Assembly (NCBI GenBank): GCA_963843975.1
Contig: CAWJMG010000001.1
Span: 270,001-302,000 of the forward strand
Origin: an uncultured Actinomycetes bacterium
GTDB lineage: Bacteria > Actinomycetota > Actinomycetes > S36-B12 > CAIYMF01
Length of the DNA: 32,000 bases
Direction: 5' to 3'
The position numbers and the translations under genes are program-made. The notes under the pieces are model-generated. The model saw only the letters and a list, made by a program, of their open reading frames with translations. It searched no databases and had not been told where the DNA came from. This document shows, piece by piece, positions 24,917 through 32,000 of this stretch (position 1 is its first letter; each line of letters opens with the position of its first letter).

Positions 24917-27640
24917 CTACCCGCCGATCAGGCCGAGCTCGCTTCCCCTGCGTACGGCGGCACGACGACTCGTCACGCCGAGCTTGGTGTAGATGCTCTT
25001 GGTGTGGGTGCGGACGGTGTTGAGCGACAGGAACAGGTGCCGCGCGATCTCCGGCCCGTCGAGGTCGGAGGCGAGCAGCCGCAGCACCTCGAGCTCGCGC
25101 GGGCTGAGCGGGTCGATCAGCTGCGCCGTGTCGTTCGTGATCGCGGTCTCTGGTGCGCTGCTGGGAACGGCGCGCAGGAGAGTCGCGGCGTACGGCGACG
25201 AGCCAGGGATCGCTGCGAGCGCGGTGAGCAGCGGCACGATCGCGCTGCCGTGTCGGGTGAACGGGCGGACGACCGACTCGGGCTCGGCAAGCGCGACCGC
25301 CCTTGCGATGGCTTCTGAGGCGGCCCTGTCGTCGGGCGCCGCCAGGGCCTGCAGCACCTCGACGTCGATGACCGTGGCGTCGCGGCCCCCTGCGGTCGCG
25401 ACGTCGAGCAGGCGCTGCAGAAGATCGCGGGAGTCCGTGAGGGCCTGTGCGTCGCCACTGGTGCGATCCCGTGCGAGGAGCACCTCGGCGAAGGTGACGT
25501 GCTCGTACTCGCGGAGGTACGCCACGTCGTCCTGCGCCGTCAGCCCGCGGTCGCGTGCCCAGCGCTCGGCTGCGTCGAGGTCGCCGAGGCGCAGGTGCAG
25601 CCGGGCGGCGGCTGCGTGCAGCGGGCGCACGTTCGGCGAGAAGTCGCCGAGGTAGACCTGCTCCGCCTCGGTCACGAGGTCGAGAGCGCCGACCAGGTCG
25701 CCCTCGGCCTCGGCGAGGAGGGCGGCGACCGCCCGCGAGCGTCCGGCGTAGCGGGGCAGAGCGAGCTCCTCGCCGAACGACCTCGCGGTGTCGAGGTGCG
25801 TGCGCGCGGTGACGAGGTCGCCGCGCTCGAGCGCGAGCTCGGCGAGGCCCACGTGGATGTCGGCGATGCCGCGAGCCGGTGAGCCCGTGGAGTCGCCGGC
25901 GAGCGCGAGCGCGTCGGCCAGCACTCTGCCCGCGTCGCGCCGGCGGCCTTGCGCTGCACGGATCTCGGCGAGGGTGAGATAGCAGCCGATCGCGTCCGAG
26001 AGGTGCTGCGCGCGGCGGAGGCCGGCGACGCAGACGTCGTAGCGCGCGTAGGCGTCGTCGAGCTCCCCGACCGCCCAGTGCGCGAGGCCTGAGAGGCCGG
26101 AGGCACCCGACCGAACGACGTCATCGCTCTCCGGCGCGGCCTCGATCGCGAGGGCGGCGTGGCGGTGGGTGCCGGCGAGGTCGCCAGACACGAGCGCCAG
26201 GCCTGCGCGGTAGAGCTCGATCGCCCCAGGGATGCGCGCGATCTCGGTCTCGTCGATCGCCGTGAGGCCGGTGCCGCTGTCAGGTCCGTCCGCGATCCGA
26301 CGCTCGATCGCAGGCAGCTGCGCGGCGAGCGCGTCGAGCCTCGGGCCGACCGCGGCAAACTCGTTGCACGACATGAGCGCGCCGACGAACGTCACGGCCA
26401 GCACCGGGCGATGGCGAAGGACATCGTCGGGGAAGTCGTCGGACCATCGGCGCAGCACGGCCTCGTGGCGCTGCCGCCTCAGATCGGGCGTGGCCGTCTC
26501 GACGACGTCGGCCGCGAGCTCGAGCTCGCCCGCCGCGACCGCGTGCCGCACCGCGCCCACGGGCTCACGCGCATCGGCGTACCAGCGGCTCGCGCGCGCG
26601 TGCAGTGCATTGACCTCGGCGACGGTGTTCGTCGAGCGCAGGTGCGCGCGGAGGACGTCGGCGAACAGGTGGTGGTAGCGGTACCACCGCCGCTCGTCGT
26701 CGAGCGGTATGACGAAGAGATTCGCACGGTCGAGAGAGTCGAGAACGGTTGCGCTGCCTGAGGTCTCCAGCACGGCGTCGCAGAGGTCGCCGCAGAGCCG
26801 GTCGAGCATCGACGTGCGCACGAGGAAGTCGCGGACGTCGCCGCTCTGGCGCGAGAGCACCTCGTCGACGAGGTAGTCGACGACGAAGCGGTCGGTGCCG
26901 GCGAACCCAGCCACGAACCCGCCGACGTCGTCGCGCCCCTGCATCGACAGCGCCGCGAGCTGCAGGGCCGCCGCCCAGCCCTCGGTACGAGCCTCGAGCG
27001 CAGCGACGTCGTCCGGGCCCAGGGTGAGTCCGTGCACGTCGGTGAGGTACGCCGCGGCCTCGTCGGCCGTGAAGCGCAGGTCGCGCGCGCGGAGCTCGAG
27101 CAGCTCGCCCCGGGCGCGGAGCCTCGACAGCGGCAGCTGCGGATCCGCGCGCGTGCCGACGACGACGTGCAGGTTGGGCGGCCGGTGGTCGAGCACGTAG
27201 GTCATGCCCTCGGCCACCTCCGCCCCGTCGGCGAGGTGGTAGTCGTCGAGCACGAGCGTGATGCGCGTGGGCGCCTCGGCGAGGTCGTTGAGCACCGAGG
27301 TGAGGAGCGCGGGTGTCGCAGGCTGACCCGCTTCGAGCAACGGGAGCACGCCGGCGCCGACTCCCGGCACGGCCGTGCCGAGAGCGGCGACGACGTACTG
27401 CCAGAACATCGAGGGTTGGCTGTCGCCCTCGTCGAGCGACACCCACGCGACGGCCCGGTCAGTGGTTCCTGCGAGCCAGGTGCTGAGGATGGTCGTCTTG
27501 CCGAACCCGGGAGCGGCCGAGACGAGAGTGAGCGCAATGCGCTCATCGGCGTCGAGACGGGCCGTCAGCCGGTCGCGAGGGACCAGCGCGGGACGCGGCG
27601 CCGGGATGTGGAGCTTGGTCGAGACGAGCGTGCCCGCCAT
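24917..27640 (-). CDS. Large ATP-binding LuxR-family regulator (LAL / MalT-like: AAA ATPase + TPR-like repeats + LuxR HTH)
   Basis: 907-aa ORF. N-terminus STKLHIPAPRPALVPRDRL. Walker A SAAPGFGKTT and Walker B LVLDDYH. A long helical-repeat middle. C-terminal LSPRELEVLRLLASDLDGPEIARHLFLSLNTVRTHTKSIYTKLGV. GGGGGAGG RBS. Confidence 0.92.
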   Translation of the reverse strand: MAGTLVSTKLHIPAPRPALVPRDRLTARLDADERIALTLVSAAPGFGKTTILSTWLAGTTDRAVAWVSLDEGDSQPSMFWQYVVAALGTAVPGVGAGVLPLLEAGQPATPALLTSVLNDLAEAPTRITLVLDDYHLADGAEVAEGMTYVLDHRPPNLHVVVGTRADPQLPLSRLRARGELLELRARDLRFTADEAAAYLTDVHGLTLGPDDVAALEARTEGWAAALQLAALSMQGRDDVGGFVAGFAGTDRFVVDYLVDEVLSRQSGDVRDFLVRTSMLDRLCGDLCDAVLETSGSATVLDSLDRANLFVIPLDDERRWYRYHHLFADVLRAHLRSTNTVAEVNALHARASRWYADAREPVGAVRHAVAAGELELAADVVETATPDLRRQRHEAVLRRWSDDFPDDVLRHRPVLAVTFVGALMSCNEFAAVGPRLDALAAQLPAIERRIADGPDSGTGLTAIDETEIARIPGAIELYRAGLALVSGDLAGTHRHAALAIEAAPESDDVVRSGASGLSGLAHWAVGELDDAYARYDVCVAGLRRAQHLSDAIGCYLTLAEIRAAQGRRRDAGRVLADALALAGDSTGSPARGIADIHVGLAELALERGDLVTARTHLDTARSFGEELALPRYAGRSRAVAALLAEAEGDLVGALDLVTEAEQVYLGDFSPNVRPLHAAAARLHLRLGDLDAAERWARDRGLTAQDDVAYLREYEHVTFAEVLLARDRTSGDAQALTDSRDLLQRLLDVATAGGRDATVIDVEVLQALAAPDDRAASEAIARAVALAEPESVVRPFTRHGSAIVPLLTALAAIPGSSPYAATLLRAVPSSAPETAITNDTAQLIDPLSPRELEVLRLLASDLDGPEIARHLFLSLNTVRTHTKSIYTKLGVTSRRAAVRRGSELGLIGG

Positions 27641-27664
27641 CGCCTCCCCCTCGCACCCGCGACC

Positions 27665-27739
27665 CCCGTCAGCGACGACCCTAGTGGCACATGCCCGTCA
27701 GCTTCTCGAGCCAAGCTTTGCCGGGCCCAGCGCTGACGG
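27665..27739. repeat. Three copies of CCGTCAGC (two direct, one inverted) in the LuxR / CHAT-gene intergenic region
   Basis: CCCGTCAGC at 27665-27673 and 27694-27702. The inverted copy GCTGACGG is at 27732-27739. Coordinates were read by eye and may be off by 1. Confidence 0.4.
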
Positions 27740-27918
27740 TGTCGCTTGCGGACCAGAGCGCCGTGACTTGGATCCCGCGCTGGGCAGTGCATGCTTGGTT
27801 AGCCGGTCGGTTCGATCTTGTGCAGTGAGTGTGAACTTGCGTGCCGATTGTGCCCCGCGGGCTGAACGGCAAGCGAAGATGGGGTTGACGACGAACAGCG
27901 CCAAGTACAGGGGGGCAC

Positions 27919-30366
27919 GTGACCGACAAGATCACGCGCGATGCAGTGCTCGAGCTTCGTCAGAAGTGGTTCAACGACCTCGTGGCCCTCACGTGTGACG
28001 GCACGCGGCTATCTGAATCGACGGAACGAACTCCGTTGATGGCGACGGCGCTGGCGAGTCTCACCATCCTCGGAGGGCACCTGCTCGGCGCACAGGACGA
28101 TGCACTCGTACTTCCTAACGTCAGTGTGGAGGATGTTGGGAAGGAGATCGGGCGGTGGCGAACGGGCAGGGGGCGCCCGCGGTTGGCCCGCCATTGGGAG
28201 GAAGGTTGGCTAAGCCTGTTCCGCTACGCCCGGGACGAGAGCTTGTTGACGTCTGACCTTCTCGCCGCCTTCGCGTCTAGTCCGTGCGGCGAAGCTGCAG
28301 GTGGCCGCACCCAGCATGACTTGCGCGGAGCTTCCGATGCCACGCTCCTTCGTGAGTTCATCGAGCGCATCCTGGCCGCGAACACTGGGCGCGCTTGGGA
28401 TCAACCCATGCACAACGGTCTCGACCTTCAGCCCAATCACCTCAGTGTGGTCGCAGCTGGTGTGGACCTTGATCTGGCACTGGCGCTCAAGCTGTTCACG
28501 CCGATAGAGATCCTGGCAACACTGCCAGATGAGGACGAAGACCTGTTGGCGGACTCATGGATGATGTCGTCGCGCGGTTACCTGCGCGTCTATCTCACAG
28601 CGGTTGGCGAATGGCCGGGTTCGGCACCTGGCGGCGTGCCGGAACACGTGGCGGACTGGGTATTGAAGCGAGACGGCCGCCAGGGCAACTGCACAACCGG
28701 CTTCGTACCCGGTTGGTTTGCCACCGCTGAATCGGAGGCAGATCTAGATGCCATCCGTAGGCTTGCGTTCGCCGGCGGAGTGGCACTGGAACTGAGTCCT
28801 TCGCGAGCGGCGATCTCTCTCCTGACGCCGGATGCCGATGGGCAGCCCACGAACCTTGCCCCCACGTATTTCGTCCAACGCACGACCGAACAACTCCAAG
28901 ATCTTGCCGTCTTGGTCGCCATGGGCTGCGTCACGCTGCACCGCTTCTACATCGACGCCAATCGCCAACTGAGCTACGACGGGAGCCACTTGATCCGGCT
29001 CCCGGAAGGCGCGCTACATGAACTAAGGGATTGGATCGGTCCCACGTTTCAGGGTTGGACCATGGACTCGTTCATGAGCGACCTTCCTGACTCCAACGAA
29101 GAAGCGCGACTCCGGGCCGTAACAGGAGAGCGCAGACGGTTTGAACTTGCGCGCCTCGTGAGGGCGAGACTCGACGGGCAACTACGCCCAGAACTGTCCT
29201 CGGCGCTGGGCGACTACCTCTCCGCCCTTAGGCGAGCCGGAGCAACCGGAGGCCTCGGCGGCGCATCTCGGCCCGAGACGGCAGAACTCGAGACAACCAG
29301 GGGCACCCTTCGGTCGCTGGTGAATGGCTCACGGTCTATAGGGGTTGACCAACTCGATGTCGACGTCTTGGGCGCCGAGCGTGCCTACCTGCAGTTCGAA
29401 GCTACGCAATCTGGCATCCAGTGGGTGAGTGCAAGCTGGAAGCATGGGAACACCACGGTTCATCGCGTCTTCGAATACCGCTCGGCCGGCCGGCCCCGAC
29501 CCTGGAGGCTCTCGGACCAGTCCGCGTGGCTCGCAGAATCACTGGGGGACCTCCAATCTCTTGCCCTAGAGGGCATCCGGCACGTGGTGCTAAGCCCTTC
29601 TTCCGAAGACTACGGGGCCCCGTACCACCAAGCCCTGCTCAGCTTGGGGTTTGAGACGGCAAGCTACGCACCAAGTCTCGATCTCCTGCGTCCGGTGGAC
29701 CGCCCACTCAAGAGTGGTCAACCGTCTCGCAACTACCTCGCCGGCTGGCCGTCTGAAGGTGACACCTTCTTGCCAGGAGTTGCAGCCGAACTGGAGGCCC
29801 TTGAGGACGACCTCGGCTGTCGCGTCGAGACTGACCTGCGCTCGCTGAGCGGCCCCTTCCGCACGATCCACCTCACCGGACACGCTCGCGCTGGATCGCA
29901 TGAAGCATCAACGGCGATCGATCTTGGGCCTGCCGGGCGTCTAACTGCGGTCGACCTCTTGGAGCGGGCGGACCTGGCCGGATCGGGCATCGCGTTGCTC
30001 TGTGCATGCTCGACGGGCGAGGGCGTCTATTGGCCCATGCAACTACAGGACAACACGCCCCTCGACGTCTGCTTCCTTGCCGTTGGCGTGCAAACCGTAG
30101 TGAGCACTTGCCGGCCTGTAGGCGATGTAAGCGCGCTGTTGTTTGCTCTGGAGTTCCATCACGAGGTGCTATCGGGCGTCAACCCATGGTCTGCCTACAG
30201 CAGGGCGCGTCACGTACTGCGAGCGCCCTACGCCTCCTCAGTAGCACCAGCGATCGCTAAGCGCCTAGATGGCTTGCTGCCGGATTGGAGGGAGCGATCC
30301 CTTCAGTCAGACGAGGACGACTGGCTCGCGTTCCGCATTGCTGGTCGTCACTGGGCTGAGCGTTAG
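27919..30366 (+). CDS. CHAT-domain (caspase-like cysteine protease) protein with a large uncharacterised N-terminal region
   Basis: 815-aa ORF. The GTG start has GGGGGG 3-4 nt upstream. Residues ~485-770 follow the CHAT pattern: IRHVVLSPSSEDYGAPYHQALL, then TIHLTGHARAGS..STAIDLGPAGRLTAVDLL (His655, nt 29881-29883), then GIALLCACSTGEG (Cys697, nt 30007-30009), then FLAVGVQTVVSTCRPVGDVSALLFALEFHHEVL. Residues 1-480 match nothing I recognise. G+C is lower and codons are atypical. Confidence 0.85.
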   Translation: MTDKITRDAVLELRQKWFNDLVALTCDGTRLSESTERTPLMATALASLTILGGHLLGAQDDALVLPNVSVEDVGKEIGRWRTGRGRPRLARHWEEGWLSLFRYARDESLLTSDLLAAFASSPCGEAAGGRTQHDLRGASDATLLREFIERILAANTGRAWDQPMHNGLDLQPNHLSVVAAGVDLDLALALKLFTPIEILATLPDEDEDLLADSWMMSSRGYLRVYLTAVGEWPGSAPGGVPEHVADWVLKRDGRQGNCTTGFVPGWFATAESEADLDAIRRLAFAGGVALELSPSRAAISLLTPDADGQPTNLAPTYFVQRTTEQLQDLAVLVAMGCVTLHRFYIDANRQLSYDGSHLIRLPEGALHELRDWIGPTFQGWTMDSFMSDLPDSNEEARLRAVTGERRRFELARLVRARLDGQLRPELSSALGDYLSALRRAGATGGLGGASRPETAELETTRGTLRSLVNGSRSIGVDQLDVDVLGAERAYLQFEATQSGIQWVSASWKHGNTTVHRVFEYRSAGRPRPWRLSDQSAWLAESLGDLQSLALEGIRHVVLSPSSEDYGAPYHQALLSLGFETASYAPSLDLLRPVDRPLKSGQPSRNYLAGWPSEGDTFLPGVAAELEALEDDLGCRVETDLRSLSGPFRTIHLTGHARAGSHEASTAIDLGPAGRLTAVDLLERADLAGSGIALLCACSTGEGVYWPMQLQDNTPLDVCFLAVGVQTVVSTCRPVGDVSALLFALEFHHEVLSGVNPWSAYSRARHVLRAPYASSVAPAIAKRLDGLLPDWRERSLQSDEDDWLAFRIAGRHWAER

Positions 30367-30899
30367 GCTGCCTCAGGTTGGGGCAGGGACCGAAGGACGA
30401 TGACCCCGGACCTTCCACGGCAATGGTGCCCTCCAGGCCCGGACAATCGACGTCTCCGCAAGCCGTGGTCAGGCATTCTCCCAACTGCCGTCGGCGTGAT
30501 CTCCCTGGCGGCCAGGAACGGCGATGGCCAACCGATCACCCCTCCAGCGGAGTTTCAGTCCAGGTCCGGGACCACGGGCAACGGACGAACGAACCACTAC
30601 CGCCCGCGTCATCGCGCCACCAATGCCGAATGAGCCTCGGGTAGCGCAGAGCACGAGCGTAGGGCGGCTTCGCCGCGGGGGCTCGAGGCGACGCGGCGGT
30701 CCTCCCGGTGCAAGTGGGACCTCCACACACCGCGGCAGAATGAATGGCTCGGCAGGAATCTGCGGTGCCATTCCCGGAACAGGTGATCGGGTGTGTGGAG
30801 GTGCCGCGACGAGGCCGTCAGCGGCGTCGCTTTGCGCCGAGGGATCCGACCCCGAGGAAGACTCCTCCCGAATTCGAGGGACCTCGCCGACCGCGGTCA

Positions 30900-32000
30900 C
30901 GTCCCACCGCGTGGTGTAACTCGAGCCGGTCGTGATCGGCTTCGCGGTGGTGCTTGTCTGACTATGACGCCATGAGTTCGGGGACCGCCACCTCCTTGGT
31001 CGAGTCGAGGGTGGCGGCGCCGATCTGGGCCATCGAGTTCTCGGACAGGTAGCGGCGGTCGGAGACCTGCCATTCGTCGTGGGTCTCGATCAGGACCGCG
31101 CCGGCCAGGCGCAGCAGCGCCTTCGGGTTCGGGAAGACACCGACGACGTCGGTGCGGCGTTTGATCTCCTTGTTCACCCGCTCCAACGGGTTGGTCGACC
31201 AGATCTTCTTCCAGTGCGCGGGCGGGAAGTCCGCGAACGCGGTCACGTCGTCAGCGGCCTCGCGGAGCATCGCCTCGACCTTGGGGAACTGGCGGCCGAG
31301 CATGGTGGCGATGACGTCGAGCTGGTCGCGGACGTGCTCGGCGTCGGGTTGGGCGAAGATCGTGCGGACCGCGGCTGCGACCATCTCCTGCGACGCCTTG
31401 GGGACCTGGGCCAGGACGTTGCGCAGGAAGTGGACCCGGCACCGCTGCCAGGACGACCCGATCATCACCGCGGCGATAGCCGCCTTGAGGCCGGTGTGGG
31501 CGTCGGAGATGACCAGCTTCACCCCGTGCAGGCCGCGGGCCTTCAGCGAGCGCAGGAACGCGGTCCAGAACGCTCCCTCTTCGCTGTCGCCGACGGCGAA
31601 GCCCAGGACTTCCCTTCTCCCGTCAGCACTCACCCCGGTGGCGACCACGACGGCTTGGGACGCGACCCGCGACCCCTTGCCGCCCTTCCCACCACCGATG
31701 CGGGCCTTGCAGTAGGTCGCGTCGAGGAACACGTAGGGGAACTCGTCCTCGGACAGGTCCCGGTCAGCGAACGCTGCGACCTCGGTGTCGAGGTCCGCGC
31801 AGATCCTCGACACCTCGGACTTGGAGATCCCGGTGTCCGCACCGAGTGCCTTGACCAGGTCGTCGACCTTGCGCACGCTCGTGCCGGTGACGTAGGCCTC
31901 CATCACGACCGCGAACAGCGCCTGATCGATCCGGCGGCGCCGCTCGAGCAGCGACGGGAAGAACGACCCGGCCCGCAGCTTCGGGAGCGCCAGCTCGACG
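30900..32000 (-). mobile_element. IS256-family insertion sequence (partial; left boundary approximate, other end outside the window)
   Basis: Inferred from the transposase gene. IS256-type elements usually end within ~100 bp of the transposase stop. The terminal inverted repeat cannot be identified without the other end. Confidence 0.55.
30962..32000 (-). CDS. IS256-family (Transposase_mut) transposase, partial (N-terminus beyond the window end)
   Basis: ORF 30962..31906 plus an in-frame extension to the window edge (...LPKLRAGSFFPSLLERRRRIDQALFAVVMEAYVTGTSVRKVDDL). Family motifs: FLDATYCKAR, VISDAHTGLKAAI, WQRCRVHFLRNVL, STNPLERVNKEIKRRTDVVGVFPN. Confidence 0.92.
   Translation of the reverse strand, partial: VELALPKLRAGSFFPSLLERRRRIDQALFAVVMEAYVTGTSVRKVDDLVKALGADTGISKSEVSRICADLDTEVAAFADRDLSEDEFPYVFLDATYCKARIGGGKGGKGSRVASQAVVVATGVSADGRREVLGFAVGDSEEGAFWTAFLRSLKARGLHGVKLVISDAHTGLKAAIAAVMIGSSWQRCRVHFLRNVLAQVPKASQEMVAAAVRTIFAQPDAEHVRDQLDVIATMLGRQFPKVEAMLREAADDVTAFADFPPAHWKKIWSTNPLERVNKEIKRRTDVVGVFPNPKALLRLAGAVLIETHDEWQVSDRRYLSENSMAQIGAATLDSTKEVAVPELMAS

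Noticed and set aside
27809-27817. GGTTCGATC, a tRNA T-loop-like string near the island boundary (possible tRNA or att remnant)
   Set aside because: The flanking bases cannot form a T-stem (GTCGG versus TTGTG) or an acceptor stem. No cloverleaf can be drawn.
24917-30366. Functional pairing of the STAND-like LuxR (LAL) ATPase with the CHAT protease as a two-gene system
   Set aside because: The idea is tempting because CHAT domains often accompany STAND NTPases. However, the LuxR gene has native high G+C and a DNA-binding output domain typical of metabolic LAL regulators, while the CHAT gene lies on compositionally foreign DNA. The adjacency probably reflects the insertion site. I have left this as a possibility to test, not a claim.
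30469-30900. 143-aa minus-strand ORF (and overlapping plus ORFs) downstream of the CHAT gene as a partner gene
   Set aside because: The sequence is Pro/Arg/Gly/Ser-rich with no RBS. Several frames are open simultaneously and it has no recognisable motif. I treat it as non-coding pending a homology search.
1-32000. CRISPR arrays, rRNA or tRNA genes
   Set aside because: I found no regularly spaced direct repeats of 24-40 bp, no rRNA-like conserved blocks and no cloverleaf-compatible segments in any intergenic region I inspected.

Overview
High-G+C (about 70-75%) Actinomycetota-type chromosomal segment with about 30 genes. Most are ordinary core or accessory metabolism and regulation. In order, they are:
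- a partial peptidoglycan-binding protein and a Sir2/CobB deacylase;
- two alpha/beta hydrolases and a sensor kinase/OmpR-type regulator pair;
- a five-gene, translationally coupled redox operon (secreted low-complexity protein, ApbE, ferric-reductase-like membrane protein, NuoF-like flavoprotein, ferredoxin);
- DUF4193, an IlvD/Edd dehydratase and a secreted 5'-nucleotidase with a PKD domain;
- a LysR gene followed by an ALDH7-type dehydrogenase / FAD oxidoreductase / PLP decarboxylase operon;
- a patatin-like lipase, small membrane proteins and a large LuxR (LAL/MalT-like) regulator.

Two things stand out.

1. The right end (about 27.65-30.96 kb) is a visibly lower-G+C, atypical-codon island. 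It carries one 815-aa gene whose C-terminus is a CHAT (caspase-like) protease domain with an intact His/Cys dyad. Its N-terminal ~480 aa match no family I recognise. About 0.6 kb of apparently non-coding DNA and a partial IS256-family element follow.

2. Four otherwise well-supported genes (histidine kinase, ApbE, FAD oxidoreductase, patatin) are each split between two reading frames. All four need the same +1 correction. That points to systematic single-base errors or real pseudogenisation.

I found no rRNA, tRNA or CRISPR array. Many very long ORFs in the track are antisense or out-of-frame artefacts of the high G+C content.
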